NCBI GenBank assembly: GCA_964577825.1
Contig: CAZOBJ010000001.1
Span: forward strand, 11,421-75,420
Length of the DNA stretch: 64,000 bases
Origin: an uncultured Planctomycetales bacterium
GTDB lineage: Bacteria > Planctomycetota > SZUA-567 > JAFGNG01
Direction: 5' to 3'
Of the stretch, positions 36,837-46,135 are shown one piece after another; position 1 is the first letter of the stretch, and every line of letters starts with the position of its first letter. Below the pieces are notes generated by a model. The model made no database searches. It saw only the letters and a list, made by a program, of their open reading frames with translations, and had not been told where the DNA came from. A program made the translations under genes and the position numbers.

Positions 36837-39398
36837 TCAACCGTGTTGGTGGTCGGCCGGCGTGCCGTGTCCGTGGGTGTGGTAGGGGCCGCTGCCGTGG
36901 TGGAGTTCATGGTCGGCCTCCACCAGGAGCCGTCCCTTCAGTTCCTGCTGCGCATCTTTGAACAACTTGACCATCCGTTTCCTGGCCTTCTCGTCGAACG
37001 CGGTGGCCATCGTATTCAGGTACTCCATGCCGCCTTCGACCAGCGCCAGCATGTGTTGGGCGGCCGGGCCGTTGAAGGCGCGCGCGTCGCCGCACTTCAG
37101 GTAAACGGGGGAGGTGTGGGCGGCGATGTACTCCGCTGGATGCTTCTCCCAGCCGGTGCAGCGGGCGGCGATCCATCCGCTGCCGGGCACCTTGACCCTT
37201 GCCCGCGCCTTGAGCGAGCGAGCGCCCCTCGACGCGCTGCGCGAGGCGACGACGTGGCCGTTGCGCACAATCTCTATCCTGCCCAGCGGCCAGACGCTCT
37301 CGGCCCGCGCCTCGACCTCGAGCGTGCCGCCCGACGGCGGAAGCTGGACTGTCTCCCCGATGGCCTTGCCCTCCACAGCCAGGTCGATCAACGGGCCGGT
37401 GCTGCTGAAGGTGCGCCCGGCCCGCACGGCCTCCGCCCAGCTCTCGTAGTCGAAGGGCCGCCGCGGGTCCAGCAGGGCGTATGTCCTCAGCCAGCCGATG
37501 GGGCAGTAGGCCCCCATCTTGTCGGTCCCGCCGACGACGGCGACCCGGTAGCCGCAGTTCAGGTACCTATACCATTCCTGGGTGGAGAAGTCGCCGCCGC
37601 GCAAGCCGCTGATCTCCAGGGCGTCCACCAGTTCGGTCAGGATGGGCACGGGGTCCTCAGTGTGGCCGCAGTACGGGTAGTGCGGCCGGATGACAACGCC
37701 GCCCTTGCGCTTGTTCTCGCGGGCCCACTCGGCCAGGGCGAGGAAGTCCGGGTCGCCCACGAACGATTCCGTCGGCCCGCCGCAGCACATCGGGAAGACA
37801 GGCAGGCCCTTCGTGCCGAGCATGGACATGTGGCCCAGCATGTGGTTGCGGTTCTCAGTGCCCACATAGACGATCGTATCGTCGCCGACGACGTTGGCGC
37901 CGCCGATGTAGTCGCCTACGTTCGTGAACAGGCGGCCCCACTGCGAGGCGAGCAGGTTGACGATGTTGACACCCTCGCACTGGGCCTCCAGGTGGGCCGT
38001 GTGGGGGCTGATGAAGTGCACGTGCGTGTCGGCCGTCACCCAACCCTTGCTTCGCCAGTCGAGTCGGCGGTTGACGGTCAGCTCCAGGACCTTCTGGCCG
38101 GGCGTGACCGTGGCCTCCATCCTCTCCGGCGCGTACTCGAAGCCCTTGAAAACCTCGACGTAGACGTCACCCACCGGCAGGTCCGTCGTGAACTCTCCGG
38201 GGACGTATGCGAAGTTCCGCCCTCCCGCGACCACGTCGGCCCCGTAGTCCATGAACCAGCCGGCGTTGATCTGCGCGTGGTGGCCGTACGGCGCGATGTA
38301 CTCGCCGCGGGGGCCCTGCATGTGGACGCGCGCGGGCGTCGGCCTGCCCGTGGACGAATCGCGCACCACGACCTTCATCCACTGCCGCGTCTTGCCCAGC
38401 ACGCGCAGTTCGGCCTGTCCCTTCTGCTCCGCGCTTCGCCCTTTGTGGAATGCCTGGCCCAGCGAGAACCTGCGCCGCTTCCGCTCGCCTTCCAGCCGCA
38501 CGGACAGCGTGGCGTCTTCCGCGCCGAACGCCTCGACGAGCGTCTCCACGCCGTCGTCGGGGTCCCCTGCCCGCGTCAGGCCGGCGTGTCGCGCGTTGAG
38601 CCAGCGTTTGCCGCTGGGGCCTTTCGTCTGTTCCAGGCGTGCGACGCCGCCGAGGTCCACCCCGGCCTCGGCGACCCGGGCCGGCTTGCCCAGCCCCGCG
38701 ACGCGGTACGTGCGACGCGGCAGGTGCCTCAGCGGGTGCGAGCGGCCCCGGTAGAGCGTCAGGCCGGCGACCAGGAGCGGCGACCTGCACAGCCCGGTTA
38801 TCGTCAGCGCCTTCAGGGCCTTGCCCGCAGAGGGGTTCGGCATGGCGTGGACGTGCGGCACACCCCACCGTGTCTTGACGCCTGTCTGTGCATGTGCCCA
38901 ATCCATGTCCTTCGGGTAATCCGTTGGGTCAACCGCCTCCCACAGGTTGAACGACTGCGCGAGCCAGACCGGTCCGGGGCTCTCCTTCATGGGCACTTCG
39001 AAACGCGCCCGCACGGGCTGGCAGTGCGCAGTGCCGTCCGCGTAGGCCAATCGGTACTCGGCCACGACCAGCCCCTCCAACGGGTCTTCCTGGTTGACCT
39101 CTTCGGGGACCTGCAGCCATTCGTGCAGCAGGCAGATGAAGTCGGCCTTGCCGCGCAGGGGCACCGTGACGGCGGGCCGGCCCTTGCTGACCAGGATCAC
39201 GCGGGCCTGTTTGCCTTCCCCCATGCTGAACGGAATGCCCCACGATTCCTGCGCGCCCTCGGGGTACTTGCGGACGCGCCCGGCCAGGTCCCGCCACCAC
39301 TCGAGCCTGACCGAGCGGTTCGGCCAGTTGAAGAGCCGCTCCAGGCTGACCTGCGTGAAGCTCGCCCCGAAAGGTTTCTCCCCGGACCTCTTGCCCAT
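36837..39398 (-). CDS. large CehA/McbA-like (PHP-type) metallohydrolase domain protein
   Basis: This is an 853-aa ORF with a strong SD (GGGAGGTGACAG-ATG). The central region carries a PHP/CehA-like metal motif (VTADTHVHFISPH...GTENRNHMLGH). The C-terminal tail is His-rich (HELHHGSGPYHTHGHGTPADHQHG). Confidence 0.6.
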   Translation of the reverse strand: MGKRSGEKPFGASFTQVSLERLFNWPNRSVRLEWWRDLAGRVRKYPEGAQESWGIPFSMGEGKQARVILVSKGRPAVTVPLRGKADFICLLHEWLQVPEEVNQEDPLEGLVVAEYRLAYADGTAHCQPVRARFEVPMKESPGPVWLAQSFNLWEAVDPTDYPKDMDWAHAQTGVKTRWGVPHVHAMPNPSAGKALKALTITGLCRSPLLVAGLTLYRGRSHPLRHLPRRTYRVAGLGKPARVAEAGVDLGGVARLEQTKGPSGKRWLNARHAGLTRAGDPDDGVETLVEAFGAEDATLSVRLEGERKRRRFSLGQAFHKGRSAEQKGQAELRVLGKTRQWMKVVVRDSSTGRPTPARVHMQGPRGEYIAPYGHHAQINAGWFMDYGADVVAGGRNFAYVPGEFTTDLPVGDVYVEVFKGFEYAPERMEATVTPGQKVLELTVNRRLDWRSKGWVTADTHVHFISPHTAHLEAQCEGVNIVNLLASQWGRLFTNVGDYIGGANVVGDDTIVYVGTENRNHMLGHMSMLGTKGLPVFPMCCGGPTESFVGDPDFLALAEWARENKRKGGVVIRPHYPYCGHTEDPVPILTELVDALEISGLRGGDFSTQEWYRYLNCGYRVAVVGGTDKMGAYCPIGWLRTYALLDPRRPFDYESWAEAVRAGRTFSSTGPLIDLAVEGKAIGETVQLPPSGGTLEVEARAESVWPLGRIEIVRNGHVVASRSASRGARSLKARARVKVPGSGWIAARCTGWEKHPAEYIAAHTSPVYLKCGDARAFNGPAAQHMLALVEGGMEYLNTMATAFDEKARKRMVKLFKDAQQELKGRLLVEADHELHHGSGPYHTHGHGTPADHQHG

Positions 39399-39467
39399 CT
39401 GTCACCTCCCTTGCCCACGCTACCCGTTGTCCGTGCCAGCACATCTTGGCCCTGCCCGCGCTCCCCG

Positions 39468-40370
39468 TCAGCCCTGGTCGCTGGCGGGGAATGCCCGCGC
39501 CAGGGCCCTGTGGAGCAGTTCGAACGTCCCGTCCCGGCTCACGTGATAGACACGCATCATGCTGCCGTGCGTGCGGCTGAAGTCGTAGCTGTTGTCCGCC
39601 GGCCGCACGCTCGGCGCGGCGGTTATCTCCCACTCGGCTAGTGAAGGATCGACGAGGAACGCTACGTCGCCCAGGTCGAAGAAGCCCTTCGTCGGGCTCC
39701 GGAAGTGCGGCGCGCTGGCACGGATCCCGTGCAGGTACTCGCCCAACGGGCCGTGGGGGCGGATCTTCTCCTCCGAGACTTCTATCGGCCAGCGGATGTA
39801 GGTCCCTGTGTCGAACAGGACCAGGGGGAGATCGGACTTGTAGATGTTGCGCACCGCCTTGATGTCCATCCACGCATTCGCGTTGAAGCAGGAGACCGGC
39901 CAGCGGGAGCGCCCGTGCCAGACGACTATGACGCGATCGGCTATCTGCGGCTCTTTCATATAGGCACACGCGATGTTGGTGGCCGCACCCAGGCCCACGA
40001 CGAAAAGCGGGTTCTCCGCATCGCCGGCCATGGCTCGCTCGATGATGAAATCCACCCCTTCGGATTCTTCCGGGAAGTCGATGTACTGGATCGGGTCGGA
40101 GCCGCGCCTGACGGGATACTTCCCGGCCATGCCGGCTTTCTCAAGGACCGTCTCTATCTCTCGGACCGTCCTGTCCAGCGTGTCGGGCGAACCCCACTGC
40201 ACGGACACGAAGCCCTCGATGTCGAACCGTTCGGGCGACAACACCGCGAGTGCGATTGCATACTGGTCGTCGATCTCGCAACCCGCGTCCGTGTCAATCA
40301 GCAGGCGGATCTTCCGGCCGGCCAGCGGGATCTCCGGCACGGGCCGGCTGCTGGTATTCGCGTCCGGCAT
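39468..40370 (-). CDS. nucleoside hydrolase (inosine/uridine-preferring family)
   Basis: The N-terminal aspartate cluster is present (LLIDTDAGCEIDDQYAIALAV, the DxDxxxDD pattern). Confidence 0.8.
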   Translation of the reverse strand: MPDANTSSRPVPEIPLAGRKIRLLIDTDAGCEIDDQYAIALAVLSPERFDIEGFVSVQWGSPDTLDRTVREIETVLEKAGMAGKYPVRRGSDPIQYIDFPEESEGVDFIIERAMAGDAENPLFVVGLGAATNIACAYMKEPQIADRVIVVWHGRSRWPVSCFNANAWMDIKAVRNIYKSDLPLVLFDTGTYIRWPIEVSEEKIRPHGPLGEYLHGIRASAPHFRSPTKGFFDLGDVAFLVDPSLAEWEITAAPSVRPADNSYDFSRTHGSMMRVYHVSRDGTFELLHRALARAFPASDQG

Positions 40371-40387
40371 TTCGGCTCCTTTCTGAG

Positions 40388-40858
40388 CTACTCTTCGGGC
40401 ACGCTCAGTCCCAGCTCTTCCTCCATGTTGCGGATGAGGCCGAGGGATATCTCGTGGCGGCCGCCGATGTAATCGTTTTCCAGCCAGGCGTCCACGATCT
40501 CCAGCAGTTCGTAGATGCCCGTGATCTTGCCGCCCAGGCAGAGGACGTTCGAGTCGTTGTGCTGGCGGGTCATCTTGGCCATGTAGTGGCTGGTGCAGAC
40601 GCTGGCGCGGATGCCCTTGACCTTATTGGCGGCGATGGACATACCGATGGCGGTGGAGCAGATCAGGATGCCCCGCTCGAACTCGCCGCGGGCCACCGCG
40701 CCGGCGACCTGCCGCGCGTAGTGCGGGTAGCGCACGATCTCTGTCGAGTCGCAGCCGACGTCCTCGACCTCGGTGCCACGCTCCTTCAGGTGCTTGACGA
40801 TCTCCTGCTTCGCCTCGTAGCCGCCGTGGTCATTGCCGATGATGATTCTGCGGGCCAC
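40388..40858 (-). CDS. rpiB: ribose-5-phosphate isomerase B (RpiB/LacAB family)
   Basis: IIIGNDHGGYEAKQ...GILICSTAIGMSIAANK...ARQHNDSNVLCLGG is RpiB-like. The start is placed at GTG 40858, preceded by GGAGGA; the ORF opens further upstream. Confidence 0.85.
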   Translation of the reverse strand: MARRIIIGNDHGGYEAKQEIVKHLKERGTEVEDVGCDSTEIVRYPHYARQVAGAVARGEFERGILICSTAIGMSIAANKVKGIRASVCTSHYMAKMTRQHNDSNVLCLGGKITGIYELLEIVDAWLENDYIGGRHEISLGLIRNMEEELGLSVPEE

Positions 40859-40916
40859 CTGTCTTCCTCCGGACCTCCGAGTTCCTGTCGTTTCCGGTCG
40901 CGCCGCCGGTGGGCGC

Positions 40917-41633
40917 TCAGTGTTTCTTGTGATTCCCTTGCCTGGCGAAGGCATGGCGGATATGTATGGAAACGGCCACGAGCAGGACGAACCCCACGAA
41001 GACGAAGGGGACGTAGTATCCCAAATGCCTCATTGCCTCGTGCATGCGCCGGAGCAGAATGCCCCAGCACAATATGGCCAGCCACGTTCCGGCCAGCACG
41101 ACGCCCAGGTTCAGCCACGTTCGCAGGCCGATCAGGAACCCGATCACCGAACCCACCAGCGGTCCGGTCATCCAGAAGGGGAACCAGACGAACAGCAGCA
41201 GGCCCGGTATGCCGAACTTCATGATCGTCTTCTGCCGCGCCTCGGCGCCACGTCGTATACGCGCCATCGTGTCCTCCAGGGGGCCTATGACGATCAGCCT
41301 TCGGTAGGAGAACACGAACAGCCCGTAGAAGATCAGCACGAGGAAGGTCTCTATCGCCATATTAGCCAGCACCACGGCCGAGTGTGGGATGTTCGCAGCG
41401 TACCCGGAGGTCATCCCGGCCGCCCGCCCGCCCAGCAGGTGGGCCAGGGTCATGGTCAGCATATTGTGGAACCGCTCCGGCGAGCGGAACTTCAGCAGCC
41501 CGAGCACGACGGCATACGAGGTTAGCAGCACGACCCCCGCCAGGAGGAGGTTCCCCTCGGCAGTGGGTACCGCGCGGCGCCACAGGGATTCCCTGTCGCA
41601 CGTGCTTTGCTCGGTTTCGGGATCGCCGCCCAA
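40917..41633 (-). CDS. integral membrane protein (small multidrug-export-like, COG2426-type)
   Basis: Five to six predicted TM helices are present, and FGIPGLLLFVWFPFWMTGPLVGSVIG resembles the small multidrug export protein family. The start is uncertain (TTG at 41633). Confidence 0.5.
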   Translation of the reverse strand: MGGDPETEQSTCDRESLWRRAVPTAEGNLLLAGVVLLTSYAVVLGLLKFRSPERFHNMLTMTLAHLLGGRAAGMTSGYAANIPHSAVVLANMAIETFLVLIFYGLFVFSYRRLIVIGPLEDTMARIRRGAEARQKTIMKFGIPGLLLFVWFPFWMTGPLVGSVIGFLIGLRTWLNLGVVLAGTWLAILCWGILLRRMHEAMRHLGYYVPFVFVGFVLLVAVSIHIRHAFARQGNHKKH

Positions 41634-41690
41634 GAGCTCGGCCTCCGGTAATCGTCCTTACACCCATTCTTTGCCGGGCCGGCCCGTTTG

Positions 41691-42602
41691 TCAATCGGCC
41701 GTCGGAAGCGGCGGCCCGTCCGACACCGACAGCCTGCAGACAATCGCGCCCCCGATGACCAACAGGCAGGCCACCCAGAGCATTGCGCCGGGCGCGACCC
41801 TCAGGTAGATGCAACTGATCGCCGTCGAGAGAAGCGGCGTGGAATACGAGAGCGACGCGACGAACACGACGTTGCCCTTTCTCATGGCTGCTTCCCAGAA
41901 GCTGTAAGCCGCCAGCGTTGGGAGCGTGGCCATGTAGAGGAGCTCCGCGGCGGCCCGGGGCGTCCAGTGCGCCTGCTCCGGCCGCAGGCAGCGCAACGCC
42001 GCCCAGACGATCCCGGAGGCCAGCAAGAAGACCGGCACGGCCGTGCCCTCCGCCTCGCCCGCCCACCGCCGGCTCAGGTTCGAGTAGAGGGCCCACGAGA
42101 GCGCCGCGCCCAGCGCCCAGACGTACGAGGCCGAGCCGGAAGTCAGGTCCGCCGCGAACGCCGTCCAGGAGAAGGCGCCCCCGTGCGCTACGGCCAGCGC
42201 CGCCCCCGCGAACGCCGCGACCGCCCCCGGCAGCAGCCAGAGCCGCGCCTTCTTCTTGAGGATCGGGACGGAGAACGCCAGCGTCAGCCCCGGCCACAGG
42301 TAATTGATGATGCCCGCACCGATCACGTGCAGGCGGCTGGCGGCCGACCCGACCGCCGAATAGATGCAGACCATGTAGAGCACGAACAGCGCGCCGCAGC
42401 CGACCAGGTAAGCGCGCGGCAATCGGCGTACGGCCCCGATCTGCCTGGTGACGACGAGATACGCGCACCCGATTCCGCCGCTTATCAGGAAGATGGCTGC
42501 CGCCGCCGTCCCCGTTCCGAGCCGCTCGGTCAGGCTCCTGGTGAACGCGATGGTGCTGCTCCAGAGCAGGAGCGCCAGGATGCCCAGGACGGTGTGTCTC
42601 AT
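41691..42602 (-). CDS. EamA/DMT-superfamily transporter
   Basis: The protein is 303 aa with 10 TM-like segments forming two EamA repeats. Its start overlaps the upstream gene's stop (ATGA at 42599-42602). Confidence 0.8.
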   Translation of the reverse strand: MRHTVLGILALLLWSSTIAFTRSLTERLGTGTAAAAIFLISGGIGCAYLVVTRQIGAVRRLPRAYLVGCGALFVLYMVCIYSAVGSAASRLHVIGAGIINYLWPGLTLAFSVPILKKKARLWLLPGAVAAFAGAALAVAHGGAFSWTAFAADLTSGSASYVWALGAALSWALYSNLSRRWAGEAEGTAVPVFLLASGIVWAALRCLRPEQAHWTPRAAAELLYMATLPTLAAYSFWEAAMRKGNVVFVASLSYSTPLLSTAISCIYLRVAPGAMLWVACLLVIGGAIVCRLSVSDGPPLPTAD

Positions 42603-43738
42603 TGCGCACCCGCGCGAAAGCCCGTGCTCTCCAGGTAGCGCCGAAGCGCCCGCGCCAGGTCATGCCCGAAGGCCCGGGCCGTCTCCGCGTTCACCTCCGC
42701 GCCGCCGGCGTTGGCGTAGGGCACCTCGAAGCTCGAGGGCAGCCGGACGCCCGGCAGCTCGGCCGCCCAGCGCGAGCAGCCCTTGCCCCCGCTGTAGTTG
42801 CCACCCGTGTTCCACGCCTGTCCGAACGGCAGGTCGTCGGATGTCTGGTAGGGCAGGGGACCCGACACTGCGCCCTCCAGGATCTCGCCGAACCGGCACT
42901 GCTCGCGGGAGGCGCACACATCCGGGTGCCCCACCTGGTAGATGACCTCGTTGTGCGGACCGCGGATGTGCGGGCAGTGCAGGTCGAGCGCGACGCGCAG
43001 CCGCCCCTCGGACCATGCCGGCACGAGCCGCCGGATGGCGCCGGTGGACGCGTAGATGCTCTCGTCGGCGTAGTCGCGGCCGTGGTCGCGGGGGCGGCGG
43101 CTCTTGCCCTGGTCGCCGTCCTCGACGCCGTCCTTGTCCACGAACGGCACGACGAGCAGTTCGACGTTCCCCCGCAGCCAGGCGCCGTCGTCATCCCCGT
43201 GCAGCACCTGCTCCAGGAGGCCCTCCAGGACGTAGCTGGCCATCATCTCGCAGCAGTGGTGGCGGCACGTGATGAGGACGCGATGCTCGGGCTTGCCGCG
43301 CAGCCTGCCCACGTGGAGCCGCTCCACGGTCCGTCCCCTGCGCGTAACGCAGAGCGTCTCCTCGCGCAGGGCCGGGTTGCCCCTGTGGCGCTCCAGGAAC
43401 GTCCTCAGGTCCGATGCCATGTACGGCATCCCGAAGCTGAACCGGACGTCGTCAGCCCCGGGGCCGAACGCATAGCTGAAGGAGTTCTCCTGCACCGCGT
43501 CCGCCCCCAGCCACTGCCATGTCTTCCCGCCGTCCAGGCTCAGGGCCGGACCTCGCACGCCGATGACGTTCCCCGCCGTGAAGCGGAAGGTCAGCGCGCG
43601 CCCGGCCGGCCCCCGCACGCGGAAGCACCAGTAGAACCAGTCGCCCTCGGTGTCCCGCAGGTCCTGGCGCAGGTACACGTCGTCGCCGTCCACACGCTCG
43701 ACGATGATGTTGCCGCCCGGGAAGTCGCAGTCGATCAT
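42599..43738 (-). CDS. M14-family zinc carboxypeptidase-like protein
   Basis: An N-terminal beta domain is followed by an HxxE zinc motif (CRHHCCEMMASY) and VVPFVDKDGVEDGD..., as in cytosolic-carboxypeptidase-like M14 enzymes. Confidence 0.65.
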   Translation of the reverse strand: MIDCDFPGGNIIVERVDGDDVYLRQDLRDTEGDWFYWCFRVRGPAGRALTFRFTAGNVIGVRGPALSLDGGKTWQWLGADAVQENSFSYAFGPGADDVRFSFGMPYMASDLRTFLERHRGNPALREETLCVTRRGRTVERLHVGRLRGKPEHRVLITCRHHCCEMMASYVLEGLLEQVLHGDDDGAWLRGNVELLVVPFVDKDGVEDGDQGKSRRPRDHGRDYADESIYASTGAIRRLVPAWSEGRLRVALDLHCPHIRGPHNEVIYQVGHPDVCASREQCRFGEILEGAVSGPLPYQTSDDLPFGQAWNTGGNYSGGKGCSRWAAELPGVRLPSSFEVPYANAGGAEVNAETARAFGHDLARALRRYLESTGFRAGAQ

Positions 43739-43810
43739 TGCGTGCCTTTCAGAGATCGTCCAGCATCGCTCCGCCCAGGGTCAGTCCGGCGGGCGGGGCG
43801 TTGGATTCCG

Positions 43811-44074
43811 TTAGAATATCTCGCCCACCAGTCGCGCCAGGCCGTCCAGGTCGCGGGCCGCCACCAGGCGCTCGGCCTGCCCCTCGTGCACGCCGGCGTT
43901 GACGAGCGCCGTGCGCACGCTCTTCCACAGCCGGGCCGCCTTCTTGTCGTCCGCGCAGAGGTAAAGGTCGGAGACGATCTCCGACAGCTTCTGGTGCACC
44001 AGGTCGTCCTTGTGCTCGTAGTATCGCCTGACGATCCCCTTCTGGTGGGGCGTCAGCCAATCTCCCTTGGCCAT
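43811..44074 (-). CDS. small conserved hypothetical protein (87 aa)
   Basis: The start is ATG 44074 (MAKGDWLTPHQKGIVRRYYEHKDDLVHQKL...). The composition is protein-like, but no family was recognised. Confidence 0.45.
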   Translation of the reverse strand: MAKGDWLTPHQKGIVRRYYEHKDDLVHQKLSEIVSDLYLCADDKKAARLWKSVRTALVNAGVHEGQAERLVAARDLDGLARLVGEIF

Positions 44075-44248
44075 ACGCGCGCCTTCCCCGGCTCGTGGTA
44101 TCTTGCCTGTGCGGCACCGGGCGGCTATTCTATCGCGACGGCCGGCCCTTGCCAAAAGCCCGGCACGTTCCCGCACCACGGAGAGAGCCCGACGCCCGAC
44201 GAGAGCCACCAATCCGAATGGGAAGAGTTGAACGAGGGGAACCGGCGC

Positions 44249-45147
44249 ATGTGGGACGCCAACGCCGAGTGGTGGGATGACCGCATCGGCGATGGCAACG
44301 ACTTCCAGGAGGAACTGATCGAGCCGGCCACGGAGCGACTGCTGGAGATCTGGCCTGGCTCAACCGTGCTCGACGTCGGCTGTGGGGCGGGGAGGTTCGC
44401 CCGCAGGATGGCCGAACTCGGCGCCCGTGTCTTGGCGTGCGACTACAGCGAGCGGTTCATCGAGCGCGCCAGGTCGCGCACGGCCTCGGCCGGCGTCGAG
44501 AACATCGAGTACCGTCTCGTCGACGCGACGGACCGGGGCCCGCTCCTCGCGCTCGGCGCCGGGTGCTTCGACGGTGCGGTCGCCACGATGTGCCTGATGG
44601 ACATGGCGGCCATCGAGCCGCTGTTCGGTGCCCTGCCGGTGCTCCTGAAGCCGGCCGGCTGGTTCGTCTTCTCGGTCACGCACCCGTGCTTCCAGGCGCC
44701 CGGTTTCGTCAAGTTCGCCGAATCGGTGGACTCCGACGGCCGCTACTCGGAACGGACGGGCGTGAAGGTGAGCCACTACCTGAGGCCCTCTGCGCGGAAA
44801 GGAGAGGGGATCATCGGGCAGCCGCAGCCGCAGTATTACTTCGATCGACCGCTGCACGTGCTCCTAGCAGCCCGTTGAAGAAGGAGGATTCCCCGGAGAG
44901 TGCCTGCGCGAGGGGCCGTGTCGGTGTAGCACAGGCGCCCTCGCCTGTGCCGTTCTCAGCCGGGGGCGGCTGAGCTACATTTTTCAACGGGCTGCTAGGG
45001 GCGGGGTTCCGCCAGGGCTTCGTTGTGGACGCCCTGGAGGAGCCGGGCTTCCGCCCGGGAGAGGAGCGGCCGCCGTGCCTGCGCTGGTGCAATATGCCTG
45101 AGATACCACCCGTGCTGGTCGTTCGGATGCGCCTGGCCAGACCGTGA
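44249..45147 (+). pseudogene. class I SAM-dependent methyltransferase, disrupted by a 129-bp insertion
   Basis: The SAM-binding motif VLDVGCGAGRFA is present. The frame ends at TGA 44876-44878, yet the family's C-terminus (GAGFRQGFVVDALEEPGF...PPVLVVRMRLARP*) continues in another frame to 45147. Removing 131 bp restores a 255-aa ORF. The start is ATG 44249 or TTG 44228. Confidence 0.75.
44867..44995. mobile_element. MITE-like non-autonomous element (129 bp, 13-bp TIRs, TA target-site duplication)
   Basis: The element has a left end GCAGCCCGTTGAA and a right end TTCAACGGGCTGC, which are perfect inverted repeats. It is flanked by TA at 44865-66 and 44996-97. Internal hairpins lie at 44929-44950 and 44955-44974. 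It encodes no ORF of its own. Confidence 0.7.
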
Positions 45148-45166
45148 GCGGAGACGTCCCGCCCCC

Positions 45167-46051
45167 TTACAGCGTGCGATTCTCGAGGAGCTGGCGCCTG
45201 GTCGCGCCGTTCAGCAGCCGGTCGTTGCTGCACTCCATCCAGTCCACCAGGCGCTGCCGGAGGCGGGAGAGTTCGCCGGCGCACGAGGGACCGCGCGCAC
45301 GGTTGCGCAGCTCCCACAGGTCGGACTCCAGGTCGTACAGCTCGTCCTCCGCCGTGGCGTTCCAAACGTACTTCCAGCGCCGGTCGCGGACCATGCGCTG
45401 GCTGAACAGGCCGAACTGGTTGCCGTGATAGCCGGCGAAGATGTCCGGGCGACCGTTCTCGCGCCCGCCCGCGAAGAGGGGCAGCAGGCTCTGCCCGTGG
45501 AAGGTCTCCGGCACCGGCACGCCCGCCGCCTGGAGGGACGTCACGGGCAGGTCAATCGAGTTGGAGACGAAAGCGTCGCACTGCGTGCCCGCCTCGATGC
45601 TGCCCGGCCGGCGCGCGATGAAGGGCACGTGCACCACGTCGTGGTACATGATGAAATGCTTGTCTATCATGCCGTGGCTGCCGCACATGTCGCCGTGGTC
45701 GGTCGTGTAGATGACCAGCATGTCCTCGGCGAGGCCGAGTTCATCCAGCGCCGCCAGGACGCGCCCGATCTGTGCGTCCATGAGGCTGATCTCGCCCAGG
45801 TAGCGGGACACGACGGGGGCCCACTGCTCCCAGGTCCAATCCTCTATATTCCAGGTGCGCAGCTGCTGGGCCTGGGCGTAGGGCTTGCCCTGGAAATCGT
45901 CGCCGAAGCTCCCCCATGGCTCGATCTCGGACGGGTCGTGCATGGAGGCGTAAGGCTCGGGCGGGTGGTTCGCCAGGTGTGGCTCCGGCGGGTTCCAACG
46001 GATGAAGAACGGCTCCGCCGCCCCGGCACGCGCCCGGAGCATGGAGATCAC
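45167..46051 (-). pseudogene. sulfatase (arylsulfatase A family), 5'-truncated remnant
   Basis: The 294 aa correspond to the C-terminal two-thirds of a sulfatase (EPFFIRWNPPEPH..., LVIYTTDHGDMCGSHGM, ...YDLESDLWELRN). The N-terminal ~150-200 aa, which carry the C/S-x-P-x-R formylglycine motif, are absent. A plus-strand promoter and gene occupy that space instead. Confidence 0.65.
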
Positions 46052-46072
46052 CTGGTCGCGCGGGTCAAGCCT

Positions 46073-46102
46073 TTGACTCCGCGGCGGCGGGCAGAATAGA
46101 AT
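46073..46102 (+). promoter_or_regulatory. putative promoter of the DUF401 membrane protein gene
   Basis: TTGACT (46073-46078), an 18-nt spacer, then TAGAAT (46097-46102), 33 nt upstream of the start at 46136. Confidence 0.4.
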
Positions 46103-46135
46103 GCTAGACTCCCCTTTGCCCTGGACGGATACCGG

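Noticed and set aside
36843-39641. 932-aa plus-strand ORF
   Set aside because: It is a shadow of the 853-aa CehA-like gene and the nucleoside hydrolase on the minus strand. The minus-strand genes have SD sequences and motifs; this ORF has neither.
42602-44227. N-terminal ~540 aa of the 758-aa plus-strand ORF 42602..44878
   Set aside because: Only the last ~210 aa (from 44228/44249) look like a methyltransferase. The rest is antisense to the M14 peptidase gene and the small 87-aa gene.
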